A stretch of 64,000 nt of DNA from a virus, in the IMG/VR virus record IMGVR_UViG_3300022926_000007, positions 17,747 to 81,746 of that record; one strand, 5' to 3'. Shown in pieces: positions 9,418-20,347 of this stretch; the first letter of the stretch is position 1; every line of letters starts with the position of its first letter. The position numbers and the translations under genes are program-made. Under the pieces are notes generated by a model that was not told the DNA's origin, did no database searches, and worked only from the letters and a program-made list of their open reading frames with translations.

Positions 9418-12400
9418 TATATTGTTCCTCTAGTTTTATTTATTCTATTTTTTTTTATTTTTCCAATCACACGACAAATTGGTTTACCTATATTGTGTAA
9501 TAGACTTCCAATAATTGTTTTCTCACCCGCAAGATATTTTGCCCAATGTGGAACTAAATGTTTTGTAAAGAAGAACGCAATTTTACCAATTTTTGTATTT
9601 GATTTCATTTCTTCAATTAATGGATAAGCCCAAGCGTGATAACCTATCATCAATTCTGGATCATTTAACATAGCCCATTTACCATATTCTTCGTCAAGTT
9701 CCCATAATCGTTTATCTAATAATCCAAGTTCATAGATATAATCACAAAGAACCTTACCACCAGAAGAGCCTTTATTGTGTACTACATATCCGTCAGCGAT
9801 GTATGAATTATCATTTGAAACATTAAAGTTATATAAAGGCAATTGAGGATTGTTGATTACTTTTGAATTAATACTAGTAATTTCAACTAAACCATTGTTT
9901 GTTACAAGTTTATCACCAACTTTTAATTCACCTTTTAATTGTTCATAAAGTTCTACACCATCACGTTCTTTTGTTTTTTCTGGTTTAATAGATTTCCAAC
10001 CTTCTTCTGTCATAAATGGGTGTTCAGAAGTAAAGAAGTAATGTTCATTATCATTAAATGAGTATAATTTTCTTTCAGCCAATAAAGTAGGATCTAATTT
10101 AATAACTGTGTTTTCTTCTTTGTATCCTTTTACTTTATCGCCAACTACAACATCTTCAATATTTTTAAATGTGCCATCAGCCATTGAAACTTTAGTACCT
10201 GCTATGAAACAACTACCACCAATACCAGCTTTATTATCTTTTATAGCTTGAGCAGTTTTTGCTCTTTCTGCATTTCTTTCTTTTAAATCTGAATAAGTTC
10301 TAACATTTGGATCATTATCATCTGGATCTATCCTATCTGGAAGACCATCTTTATCTCTATCTTCCCATCCACCACTATCATTATTATCTGTTCCTCTATT
10401 TGAACCAGAAGATGAACCACCTGAAGAATAAGTTGTTGATGAAGTAATTTCTCTTACAGAATTTTCTTCTAATAGTTTTGTTTCTATAACATCTGGAACA
10501 CGAGTTGCATAAACTGTTTCTTGTTCTGTTACTAACAATCCTTGTGCTCTATATTTTGTAGAAGCAAATGATTCATTATTTCTACCTGTTCTAAAGTTTG
10601 ACTGTGAGTCTGTAATTTTAAATACTCTTTCTCCACATCTCCATTTTGGATTACCACTTACAGATGGATTTGGAATAGCAAATGTTCCTGAAAGTGAACC
10701 ATTAGCATCAGATGTTAATTGTCCACCTAAAGAACCTCCAGTAGGTGTTACATATGAATCAACATCTACATCTTCAAAATAAGCATAATGTTTAGATAAA
10801 GGTTTTAACCCCGTTACTGTAAATGAAATTGTTTTAGACCTGATATAGGGTACATAAGATAAATCAACAAGTCTTTCTCCAAATGATTGTTGAACTACTT
10901 GTGATGATAATTCTCTCTTTAATCCTGAACGTGTAGCACTACCTGTTCTTCCTTCTTTAACAGTTGTTTGATTACCACTATGTGTTTTTTCTATAAATGT
11001 TCCTGTCCAGTTATTTTGCCATTCATTCCATACTGTTCCTGTTCGGTGAGATGGATTTGGAATATCTTTGATACTATTATAAAGTAAATCATTATTTACA
11101 ACTAAATCTGGAGATGTTTTTGTATCTTTCCATTCATCAAATTCAGGTGTGATTTTCATATTTCCAACATATGTAAAAACATTAAATGGATTTACATTTA
11201 CTGTTGTTGTAGCACTTAAATTAGAAACCAATTCTACTTCCGTGTAAGGTAAGGTAATTAAGTCACCTGTTTTTTGATAACCAGCAGCTGTTCTAGCTGT
11301 ATCATTTGTTGCTGTTTCTATCAAAGAAACTTGATCTGTAAAACATCTTGGTCTTACAACACCATTTTCTAAATCCATAGAACATTGATAATCTGAATTT
11401 GTAGTATCTCCTACATTATGACCTTTAAAAGTATCTACTAAAAATCCATTTTTAAATCTGTTAAAACCATTAGCGTCTTGTATTTCTAAATTTAATGTTT
11501 CTTGTTCTAATAAAGATAAACTTGTATAATACTCTAAATTTTTAATTCTACTTTCTAACTTACCAATATCTCTCATTGTATATCTTCTATTATCTACAGG
11601 AATGACTGTAACATCACTTGTACTAAAAGTATATGCAGGTAATCTCAAATAACATAGAATAATAGAGTTATCAATTGTATCAGGTCTTTGAGGATCAACA
11701 GCCGAAGCACCTCTTGCTTGTTTAAACTGGCCACTTGTTGTCATATAGATTGCATCTATACGAGAGAGATAAAATTCAAAATCTGCTCTAAAATTTGATC
11801 CTGGTTTTGGAATATCTACTGAAACAGCATTCGTACCAGTAAAGTTTTTAGCACCTGTTGCATCTTTATCATTGTATCCTATAACATTACTATCATCTGC
11901 AACTCTTGGTCTAAAATCAACACACTCTCTTAACTCTAATGTTTCTCCTTTATTTTCAGATTTAAATGTAGGAATATTTGTATAATCAATCGCATAACTA
12001 TCTACACTAAAATAATCTCCAGCGCCGTGTGTAAAGTAATCAAAATTAATTAATAATTGTCCAGTAGGTACTTGAGAACCTGACTTTAATTTAAGTCTAC
12101 CTAAATCATAAAAATTATCTCTTTGACCATTGTCCAAATCAAATCTATCAGTTATGTTTGTATGTGAAGTAGTAGCAGCAGTTGCAAAATCTGGAGACAT
12201 ATAAACAGAATTTAATTGATAAATGTCTGCCTTACCTAAAGATATTATTGAATTTGTTGCTGTTGCTTCTGTTGTAATACTTGTTGTAGCGCCTGAAACT
12301 AAAGTTTTTAATTTTTCTACTGCAACATTTCTAACTATTGTTGCTGTAAATTTAACTTCAGAGTTTCCATAGTTTGAACCCAAGTCAATAGTTAACTGAT

Positions 12401-14978
12401 TTGAATTACCTGATAATGAAAATATTGTATTACCTTCGTGGTTATTTCCTGATAAAGAAGTTATTTCACCAACTTCACCTGATGATGAACCTGCAGTTAT
12501 ATGCATTAACGCATAATCTCCTGAAGATAACGAAGCAAAAGTTTCATTTGAACCTGCATTAAAAATACCAATACCATCACCTGTTAGAGTCGTAACAAAT
12601 TGTCTTCTAACGGTAAATGATGTGTCAGTTAATCCGTTGTTTGTAGCAGTTTTTAAAGTTTTAATAACTTTTTCTGGTAATTTATAAACTAAAGTATTGT
12701 TTGTTGTTTCTTGTAATTTTGTTCTTCTTCTTTCAACTGGTGAGGCCGTTGTAACATCAGAACCACCTACAGCGGCAGATAATGTTAAACTTGTATCACT
12801 TACAATTGCTAATACAGTAGCAGTTAATTCTTCTCCAGTATTATCAGTAAATACAATTGTGTCCCCACTTATTAATTCTGTTGTAAATTTTGTTCCTTGA
12901 CCAATAACATCAGCACTACTATTTGCTACACTAATAGTTCCTGTTAAAGTATATTGTGAATCATCTGTTGAAGATGTTGCATTACTTGTTAATACTGTAT
13001 CTGCTGTAAACGCTGGTGTATTAGCTTGATAAATTTGTTTTACATTTTTAAAATCATATACAATAACAGATTTAAAATAATTTGTATCTGTAGTTATGAC
13101 TGCTGTATTACTTGAAGTAGCACCTGTAATTGTATCACCAGCAGTAAAAGTTCCACTTTTGTTTGATATAACTACGATACCATTTTGAGCTGTTCCACCT
13201 GAAGTGTAACCACTAAATCCTGAAGTATCAGTAGCAATTGTAAATTCGCTAGCACCTGTAACAATAATTTCATATGTGTTACCATTTACTTCAGTCATAC
13301 CACCAACGCTGTCAAAAGTAACATTTTGTCCTGTTGATAAATTGTGTGATGATGATGTTGTAACAGTTAATAAAACTGCTGATGTTGCCACCATATTTGA
13401 AATAGCAGCTGTAACTGAAGTCGAAGCGGCCTCTACAATACCACTTGCGCCTGATACATTTGTTACAGTTTCACCTGTTGTAAGTGAATGTGCTAATTTT
13501 GTTCTTAAATGTGTAAATGCTGTAATATTAAATAAACCTAATTTATAATTTGATGTAGTATTAGATGATGACGCACCAACTGTACCTGAATTGTATTCAA
13601 AAAATCTAGGATGTGCTACACCTATTTGATGTATGTCAGTACCTACGCCACTATTTGCTGAACCACGTGAAGAAGTCGCTTCTTTATATAAAGATACTTC
13701 TTTATAAGCTTCTGTATCACCAGCAACTGTATCTACATCTGGCGATCCATAAATGTTTGAAACTTCTACAAAATTACCTAACGCTAATCCAGTTGTAGAA
13801 TTATTAACTGTTTTAAAATCTCTGGACTTATCTATTGTAACATATTTTGTAGCTATAGTTTCTAACTCATAACCTTGAACATATGCTTTACCTGATCCTA
13901 ATCCAATAGCTAATCTTGCTTTTGATTCTTCAGCTGTTAAATCAAATTCGTAACGTGGATCTAATACTGTTCCTACTCTTGTTGTATCTGGTCTATAAAT
14001 ACCTCTTTCATATTGAGATATAGTTGAGTCAAAATGATGTTCTCTTACATCAATGTCAAAATTTCTTACAACATAGTTTCCTGATTCATCAAATGTTCTA
14101 CGAGCAAGTGTGTCAGCAATTAAACTATAATCTGTTTTTATAACTTTTGTAATTAAGTTACCATTATCAATTCTTAATAATTCTATAAAGTCATCATCTT
14201 CAGTAGATGTTAAATCTTTTTTAGCAAGTGTTAATGTAATTTTAAATCTATGAGCGCCTGGTGCATTTACATTTGAAGAACCTTGAGCGTTATCATTTAA
14301 AGAGGTATCATCTGAAGGTGTAATTAAACTTTCTGTAATTGTAAATCCAACTTTAAAACTAGGGTTTACAAAATAAGGTTCTAATATTATTGTTTGTGCT
14401 TCATTTTGTACAAAAAATCCATTTACATAATAAATTCCAGCTTCTACTCTCACAGCAGATCCAGTTCCTACTGCATTTGAGTCAATAGGTAATGCTACTC
14501 CATTTGTACCTACTGTAGCAGTTTCACCACCATCTCCTGTTAAAGTTTCTGTACTAACAAATCTATTAATAACTCCAGCACTAGCACCTGTACTTGCTGT
14601 TTTTGTATAGTTGACAAATATTGTTGCGGCTTCTGTATCAGTAGCAGCAGTTGCATTTATAACTTCAGCAACTACACCATTCGTGTCACCTGTAAAAATT
14701 GTACCAATTAAATCAGATACATTTGAAGTTGAAAATGTTGAAAGTTTAACGAAATGATAAGTGTTTATATATTGTATTTCACCAGGAATAACTTGAGCGC
14801 CATCTTTAAATATGTGATCTCCAAATCTTTTAATTTGATTTTGAAGTATTGATTGTACTTGAGTTAATTCTCTTGCTTGAACAGCAAATCCAGGACGAAA
14901 TAAAATTTTATGAAATCTTTTTGACTCTAAATAATCATCAAAGTACGGACTAATATTAAAATCAGTTTTTGTGGCCAT
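9417..14978 (-). CDS. Large virion/baseplate protein (DUF4815/VrlC-like N-part) with C-terminal Hint domain
   Basis: PYFDDY...LFRPGFAVQARELTQVQSILQNQI, LARRTFDESGNYVV, RRYTMRDIGKLE. Hint domain from CFIAGT to VVHN. Confidence 0.85.
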   Translation of the reverse strand: MATKTDFNISPYFDDYLESKRFHKILFRPGFAVQARELTQVQSILQNQIKRFGDHIFKDGAQVIPGEIQYINTYHFVKLSTFSTSNVSDLIGTIFTGDTNGVVAEVINATAATDTEAATIFVNYTKTASTGASAGVINRFVSTETLTGDGGETATVGTNGVALPIDSNAVGTGSAVRVEAGIYYVNGFFVQNEAQTIILEPYFVNPSFKVGFTITESLITPSDDTSLNDNAQGSSNVNAPGAHRFKITLTLAKKDLTSTEDDDFIELLRIDNGNLITKVIKTDYSLIADTLARRTFDESGNYVVRNFDIDVREHHFDSTISQYERGIYRPDTTRVGTVLDPRYEFDLTAEESKARLAIGLGSGKAYVQGYELETIATKYVTIDKSRDFKTVNNSTTGLALGNFVEVSNIYGSPDVDTVAGDTEAYKEVSLYKEATSSRGSANSGVGTDIHQIGVAHPRFFEYNSGTVGASSSNTTSNYKLGLFNITAFTHLRTKLAHSLTTGETVTNVSGASGIVEAASTSVTAAISNMVATSAVLLTVTTSSSHNLSTGQNVTFDSVGGMTEVNGNTYEIIVTGASEFTIATDTSGFSGYTSGGTAQNGIVVISNKSGTFTAGDTITGATSSNTAVITTDTNYFKSVIVYDFKNVKQIYQANTPAFTADTVLTSNATSSTDDSQYTLTGTISVANSSADVIGQGTKFTTELISGDTIVFTDNTGEELTATVLAIVSDTSLTLSAAVGGSDVTTASPVERRRTKLQETTNNTLVYKLPEKVIKTLKTATNNGLTDTSFTVRRQFVTTLTGDGIGIFNAGSNETFASLSSGDYALMHITAGSSSGEVGEITSLSGNNHEGNTIFSLSGNSNQLTIDLGSNYGNSEVKFTATIVRNVAVEKLKTLVSGATTSITTEATATNSIISLGKADIYQLNSVYMSPDFATAATTSHTNITDRFDLDNGQRDNFYDLGRLKLKSGSQVPTGQLLINFDYFTHGAGDYFSVDSYAIDYTNIPTFKSENKGETLELRECVDFRPRVADDSNVIGYNDKDATGAKNFTGTNAVSVDIPKPGSNFRADFEFYLSRIDAIYMTTSGQFKQARGASAVDPQRPDTIDNSIILCYLRLPAYTFSTSDVTVIPVDNRRYTMRDIGKLESRIKNLEYYTSLSLLEQETLNLEIQDANGFNRFKNGFLVDTFKGHNVGDTTNSDYQCSMDLENGVVRPRCFTDQVSLIETATNDTARTAAGYQKTGDLITLPYTEVELVSNLSATTTVNVNPFNVFTYVGNMKITPEFDEWKDTKTSPDLVVNNDLLYNSIKDIPNPSHRTGTVWNEWQNNWTGTFIEKTHSGNQTTVKEGRTGSATRSGLKRELSSQVVQQSFGERLVDLSYVPYIRSKTISFTVTGLKPLSKHYAYFEDVDVDSYVTPTGGSLGGQLTSDANGSLSGTFAIPNPSVSGNPKWRCGERVFKITDSQSNFRTGRNNESFASTKYRAQGLLVTEQETVYATRVPDVIETKLLEENSVREITSSTTYSSGGSSSGSNRGTDNNDSGGWEDRDKDGLPDRIDPDDNDPNVRTYSDLKERNAERAKTAQAIKDNKAGIGGSCFIAGTKVSMADGTFKNIEDVVVGDKVKGYKEENTVIKLDPTLLAERKLYSFNDNEHYFFTSEHPFMTEEGWKSIKPEKTKERDGVELYEQLKGELKVGDKLVTNNGLVEITSINSKVINNPQLPLYNFNVSNDNSYIADGYVVHNKGSSGGKVLCDYIYELGLLDKRLWELDEEYGKWAMLNDPELMIGYHAWAYPLIEEMKSNTKIGKIAFFFTKHLVPHWAKYLAGEKTIIGSLLHNIGKPICRVIGKIKKNRINKTRGTI
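9774..10211 (-). other. Hint (intein-like/BIL) autoprocessing domain, 146 aa, no endonuclease
   Basis: Block A CFIAGTKV, block B TSEHPF, blocks F/G LYNFNV...YIADGYVVHN. The +1 residue is Lys. Confidence 0.9.
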
Positions 14979-14995
14979 TTCTATCCCTATGTATG

Positions 14996-16489
14996 TTAAA
15001 ATTCTATAATCAGTTTAATATTTTCTGTTTGATCTACAGCTCTTGATATTGGTGTTCTATTTTCAACATATAAAACATCTCCTGTATCGTGGTCGATTTC
15101 AGGTACAGAATATCCTGAAGCAAAAATAACATTATTAACTGGTGATGAAGCAGATGTGTCGGGTGTGCCTGTTGCACTTGAACTTTGTCCTGTAATTACG
15201 TTTGCACCAGAAAAATCAATTAAATTACCGTTACTGTCAATACCAGCATCACTATGTCTTGTCTGAATGTAATATAAAATATTATTTGTTGAATCCCATT
15301 CTACAACTTTACCAACAGCACCTGTTGTTGCTTGATTAATTTCTTCATCAACTGTAAATGTACCTGGTGTTGGTGAAGCAGCAATTTTAATTGCCTTTGT
15401 TAATCTGGCTGTTGTTGATGTTACAGCAGAAGAATTTTTTGTAGGATCTCTTAACAAAACAATTTTTCTAAAATCGTTTACAGCAGAAAAGTCTCCTGTA
15501 TTTGCAGATTCACTACCTTCTAATGAAGTATTTAACATCACAAAGAAACCACCCAATTCTTCTAAAGCATTTGCACCATGTCCACCTTTTGGAGGAATGA
15601 TTACATCTAATTCAGCGCCAGATAAACCTGTAGCACCAGCGGCAACAATTTGAGCATTACTTACTGTTGCAAATGTATAATTTACACCAGCAGTTGTTAC
15701 GGTTACTGAAGATACTAAACCACCCGAAACTACAACTTCGCATAGTCCGCCTGATCCATCACCTCTTATTGGAATATTTGAAAATGTTCCGTTTGTACCA
15801 CCCGAACCAGCAGATTTGATTTTAATAATATCTATTGCACCATTAATAGCATTAGATATTACGTTTAAATGATCTGTTCCTGCATTTGCATTTGTAGGAA
15901 TTGCCATAAAATCTGTTGATAGAAAATTAGATTGTTGAGCAGCAGATAAGGTATACATATATTTCCATATGTAACCGTCTGTAGTTGTAATAGGAGTTGT
16001 CGATACTCCAGTAGGTTCATCATTGACTGTTGCACCATTATTATTATCTAAACACTTATAAACGTTTCTATCTGACGACAAAACATAAAAAGTAGAATCG
16101 AATAAAGTAATTGCACCACTAGTAGATGTTATTCTAGTTGAAGTAGAACCAGTTGTATATTCTCCATAATCATGTCTGTAAATATCGTAAACTGTACCAG
16201 ATGTCCAGTTTCTTCTTGGAATTACAAAAGAAATATCTGATCCTGTAATTCTTTTAGCCGCAGTTAATTCATCAAATGTATAAAATTCATTAACTACTGT
16301 ATCACCAGGAGTTGTAGGATTTGAATCTGTACCCTCATAATCAGTACGTCCATCAGCTCTAGTTAAGGTACCCCAAGCCTGAGGTCTTCCAATACCTAGA
16401 TAGTATATGTTATTTGCGGGTTCTGAGAAAGACTCATGAAATTGTTCCGCATTATTTAATCTAAACTTATTTGTTATAATTGCTGGCAT
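14996..16489 (-). CDS. gp8: Baseplate wedge subunit gp8
   Basis: YYLGIGRPQAW, VIPRRNW, VYKCLDN, DGYIWKYMYT, ENRTPISR...ENIKLIIEF. Confidence 0.9.
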   Translation of the reverse strand: MPAIITNKFRLNNAEQFHESFSEPANNIYYLGIGRPQAWGTLTRADGRTDYEGTDSNPTTPGDTVVNEFYTFDELTAAKRITGSDISFVIPRRNWTSGTVYDIYRHDYGEYTTGSTSTRITSTSGAITLFDSTFYVLSSDRNVYKCLDNNNGATVNDEPTGVSTTPITTTDGYIWKYMYTLSAAQQSNFLSTDFMAIPTNANAGTDHLNVISNAINGAIDIIKIKSAGSGGTNGTFSNIPIRGDGSGGLCEVVVSGGLVSSVTVTTAGVNYTFATVSNAQIVAAGATGLSGAELDVIIPPKGGHGANALEELGGFFVMLNTSLEGSESANTGDFSAVNDFRKIVLLRDPTKNSSAVTSTTARLTKAIKIAASPTPGTFTVDEEINQATTGAVGKVVEWDSTNNILYYIQTRHSDAGIDSNGNLIDFSGANVITGQSSSATGTPDTSASSPVNNVIFASGYSVPEIDHDTGDVLYVENRTPISRAVDQTENIKLIIEF

Positions 16490-16538
16490 AATTTTTCTCT
16501 ATATTGTATATTTATACACTTTCTTTTAATGTTTTAAA

Positions 16539-17714
16539 TTAAGTTCCTGTTCCATATAATGATTTTAAGACACTTCCGGATGAGTCTAAAATTTGTAAAT
16601 TTACAGCACCATTCAGTTGAGTTGAGGTAATTCCACCATTTTTAACTTGCAATACTCCTGAATTGACATTGATTGTATTATCATCATAATCTACAGAAAA
16701 AATTGTTCCTGTAATATCTATACCATCACCACCTGTAAAAGCTGGTAATGTTGAAATTTGGGAGAAATTGATATTTGTAGTACCAAAAGTAATCGTACCT
16801 TCAGTATTCATTACATACAATTCACCAGCACCAGTGTTACCTTCACTCACAAAGAAAGCATCACCTTCTCCTAAAGCATCAGGATCAGAAACACCATAAC
16901 TATCAGCATCAGTTGCTCTTGTAAGTACCCAAGCAGTTGCTCCATCACCAACAGTTGTTACTGTGTAAATACCATTATGAACAGCGTTAGTTTGATTGTA
17001 AACTAAAACTCTATCGTTTGTACTTAGAGTAATACCGTCTATAATTATAGCTGTTAAAGTTCCATTGTTTGTTAACGTTGCACCTACACCTGAAGTACCG
17101 TTATTATAAGTTGCGTTTAGATTTGTTATAGCTTCTACTCTTACAGGATCATGGTAATGAATACCAGCAGAAGCAATTGTATCAACATAAGTTTTAATTG
17201 CTTTTGCTGAAGCAAGAGTATTATGTAATGATGAAACTGTAGTTAAATCAGTATCTAAAACACCAGACGCTAAGTCAGCAACTTCTATATTTGAAATTGA
17301 GTTACCAGTGCCATTTGCGTCAAATGTTTTATTTGTAAATGATATTGTAGAACTTGCTAAATCACTTATTTGTGATGAAGTTATAGATAAAGCAGCTTCG
17401 TGTTGTGTTACTGAACTTTGAGTTATGTTAACATCAGGCACATCTGCCCAAGTAACAGATGATGTTAAATCATTTGTTTCTGAAACTGAAGTTATATAGC
17501 CAGTATCATTTGTCCATTGTGATATATTTCCTGACTTGTTTGTTAAAGTATGTGTAGATGATGCTGTTAGTACATCTGAATTTAATGTTGTACCATCACC
17601 TATTGCTGTATAAATTTCATTGAAATTATCATTAATTAGATCACCAGCATCACGTAATGTTGAACCTGTACCATCATTTTGTATAGTTCCGATATTTATT
17701 GTTTGTTTTGTCAT
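16539..17714 (-). CDS. gp9/gp10-like baseplate-fibre connector / fibre
   Basis: N-terminal KQTINIG..NDGTG.TLRDAG..INDNFNEIY motif, plus fibre module DRVLV..QT....NGIY...LTRATDAD. Confidence 0.75.
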   Translation of the reverse strand: MTKQTINIGTIQNDGTGSTLRDAGDLINDNFNEIYTAIGDGTTLNSDVLTASSTHTLTNKSGNISQWTNDTGYITSVSETNDLTSSVTWADVPDVNITQSSVTQHEAALSITSSQISDLASSTISFTNKTFDANGTGNSISNIEVADLASGVLDTDLTTVSSLHNTLASAKAIKTYVDTIASAGIHYHDPVRVEAITNLNATYNNGTSGVGATLTNNGTLTAIIIDGITLSTNDRVLVYNQTNAVHNGIYTVTTVGDGATAWVLTRATDADSYGVSDPDALGEGDAFFVSEGNTGAGELYVMNTEGTITFGTTNINFSQISTLPAFTGGDGIDITGTIFSVDYDDNTINVNSGVLQVKNGGITSTQLNGAVNLQILDSSGSVLKSLYGTGT

Positions 17715-17737
17715 AACTCTCTCTTACTATTTATATA

Positions 17738-20347
17738 CTATCCAGCATCCATTGTATTATTAGTGTTATCAAATGTTATGGAAGTTTGATCCATTGTTGA
17801 TTGTGAAATAACACCAACCTGAGCAGGTATAGTAAAATTTGTTTTAAGTTTTCTTCCATCTTCATTGGAAGTCATTAAAAAGATTGCGTTTGAACCGTCT
17901 AAAGATGTTCTAGTTCCTTGAACTTTAATATCATTTAATATTTGAAAAGTAATACCACTACTACTAAAAGAATTGTTTGCAGTAACTCCAAATGCAGTAT
18001 TAGCAAATTTATTTAAAACACCAAATCTTGGTCCAGCGTATGCAAATCCTTGTCTTACATTTACTAAGTCACCCAATGAATTAGATAAATTTCTTCTCAC
18101 TCTACTTACATAATCTATATTTATAGGTTGTGTTTTTAAGGTAACATCTCTTGTTGTTTTATCAAATGGAGTAATAGTACTAGTATCAAAATCTGCTGAT
18201 ACAGCTAATTCAGGATTTGTTCTTAAAGTTGTTCCATCAGTTTCAGTTCCTAATCTTCTTCCTACAATTGTAGAATATAATTTTGTTAAAATATTTCTTA
18301 GAATTTCTGTAATTCCAGAATTAATTCCAGTAATTCTCTTAATTTGTAAATTTAATCTACTTGTTAAATCAACTTGTCCTGTAAAATAAAAACCAGCGGT
18401 GTGCATTGTCTTTTTAAAAGAATTACGCCAACTATTAATTGATTGACCAACTTTTAATACATAAGAAAAGTCCTGATAGTATAAACTATCTTGTATCTTC
18501 ATTGTTTGTTCAGAAACAAATCCATCTTCGTTTAAAAACTTACCGTCTGTATCACCTACAGAAACAATGTTTACGCTAATATTTGCAACATCTAATTTGT
18601 TTAAAACTGAACTACCGCCACTTGAAGATGTTATAGTTTCTTCAATCGAAAAATTACCTGTTACATTTTTAAGTTTTAATAAATTTCTATCACTATCATA
18701 GTTAACTATTGTTCCCGTAGTACCTGAAGAACTACCTGTAACTGTGTCATTTATGTTAAAATTTCCTGTTACTGTAGTTAAAATTAAATTTTGATAAAAA
18801 CTTAAAGTAGGAGGTGATGGAGAATTTTCATAACCTTCTCCTAATTCATTTGTTTTTATTCCTATAATTCTTCCTATTTCAGATCCATAAGTTAATAATT
18901 TTGCACCTACACCAGATGAAGATGTAATCGATACTAGAGGTAAAGAAATATATCCAGAACCAGAATTTGTTATATAAACATCTGTAATATCTCCTACACC
19001 AGTTCCTTCTTCTTGTACTATTTTATTTCCTGAATATGTATCATCACTTGTAGTTTCATCTTCTAATACAATATGATCTTCTGTTGTTGATGTTGAAGTT
19101 TCTTGCGTAAATCCACCATTGACAACTGAAACAAATCCAGATGCATTAACTCCTTGAGTTCCTATATTATTAAAAACTAAATTATCACCCATAGAATAAT
19201 CTAAACCACTGTCATCAACAATTATTTCAGTAATACCTCCAGAACCAATATCATTTATAGAAAATCTAGCACCAGTCCCTCCTCCATTTACAGAAATTAA
19301 ATCTGTATATGAGTAAAGATTACCATCATTAATTGTTGTTTTTGTTCCGGGTATACCTGTAATATTTGCTTTAATAAAATAATCGTCTGTGTCTGAAAAT
19401 GTTCCTCTAATTTCTTCACCTATAGAAAATGTTCCATCATAAGAACCATCATTAATAACAAATTCAGAAATTATTTGATTACCTAAAATAAGTTTTTTTA
19501 CTGATTCAACAATAGCAGTTGCACCTGAAGTTTGGCCTGTAATAGTACGACCTACTAAATTAATTGTATTACCAGTCGTTGATATAGCTCTTAAAACTTT
19601 TTGTGTGTCCCATTGTCCGTCAGAAACACGTAACATTTGTTCTCTAGGATAAAATATTTCAGAATCTTCGTTAAATAGTAATCTAAAAAATAATTCGTGG
19701 CCTCTATTAGTACCTTTTGCTTTATAAAGTGATTTTACATTTTTAATAAGGTTTCTTTTATTAACACCAGCATTTAAATTTTCTGGTAATGTATTTAAAA
19801 ATTCATTTCTAAATTTTGTTAAAAAGTTTGAAATAACTTTATCGGGATCTCTAAAGTTTAATAATTCTTGTATATTAGTTACAGGATTTGGACTGTAGTT
19901 ATTAATAACAGCGCTTGCGTTTGAAGAAGCACCTAATACTGTTTCGCCTATAATAAATTTATCTTGTGCTGAAATAAACAAGCGGCCATTATTTAAATCT
20001 TCAGCAAGAACTGTAGTCGTAGCGCCTGAAGTTTGACCTGTGATAGTTTCACCTCTTGTAAATTTACCAAAGGCTGAACTTTCTAAAATGATTTTATCAC
20101 CAGCGTCTAATTGTGTTCTATCAGAATCAATACGAGAACCATCTAATAACAAAGCATTTGTTTGTGCTGTTTCTGTTTCTAATTGAATACCGTCTGTAGT
20201 TTGTACCGAAGTTACATCTAACTCGGCAGATTCCATAAAAGTGTAATATGTTTTTACAAACTCTAAAAATTTAGGGTGTTGTTCAACAACGAACTCTGGA
20301 GCCTGACTATTAATCAGTTTTGATATTTTGTCTTTAAAAGTTGCCAT
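17738..20347 (-). CDS. Baseplate wedge initiator (gp7-like)
   Basis: YKAKGT...FFRLLFNED, IQDSLYYQDFSYV and H-AGF motifs. Lies between gp6 and gp8. Confidence 0.75.
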   Translation of the reverse strand: MATFKDKISKLINSQAPEFVVEQHPKFLEFVKTYYTFMESAELDVTSVQTTDGIQLETETAQTNALLLDGSRIDSDRTQLDAGDKIILESSAFGKFTRGETITGQTSGATTTVLAEDLNNGRLFISAQDKFIIGETVLGASSNASAVINNYSPNPVTNIQELLNFRDPDKVISNFLTKFRNEFLNTLPENLNAGVNKRNLIKNVKSLYKAKGTNRGHELFFRLLFNEDSEIFYPREQMLRVSDGQWDTQKVLRAISTTGNTINLVGRTITGQTSGATAIVESVKKLILGNQIISEFVINDGSYDGTFSIGEEIRGTFSDTDDYFIKANITGIPGTKTTINDGNLYSYTDLISVNGGGTGARFSINDIGSGGITEIIVDDSGLDYSMGDNLVFNNIGTQGVNASGFVSVVNGGFTQETSTSTTEDHIVLEDETTSDDTYSGNKIVQEEGTGVGDITDVYITNSGSGYISLPLVSITSSSGVGAKLLTYGSEIGRIIGIKTNELGEGYENSPSPPTLSFYQNLILTTVTGNFNINDTVTGSSSGTTGTIVNYDSDRNLLKLKNVTGNFSIEETITSSSGGSSVLNKLDVANISVNIVSVGDTDGKFLNEDGFVSEQTMKIQDSLYYQDFSYVLKVGQSINSWRNSFKKTMHTAGFYFTGQVDLTSRLNLQIKRITGINSGITEILRNILTKLYSTIVGRRLGTETDGTTLRTNPELAVSADFDTSTITPFDKTTRDVTLKTQPINIDYVSRVRRNLSNSLGDLVNVRQGFAYAGPRFGVLNKFANTAFGVTANNSFSSSGITFQILNDIKVQGTRTSLDGSNAIFLMTSNEDGRKLKTNFTIPAQVGVISQSTMDQTSITFDNTNNTMDAG

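Noticed and set aside
9774-10211. Canonical splicing intein or homing element
   Set aside because: The +1 residue is Lys rather than Cys/Ser/Thr and there is no endonuclease domain. Treated as a BIL-type Hint instead.
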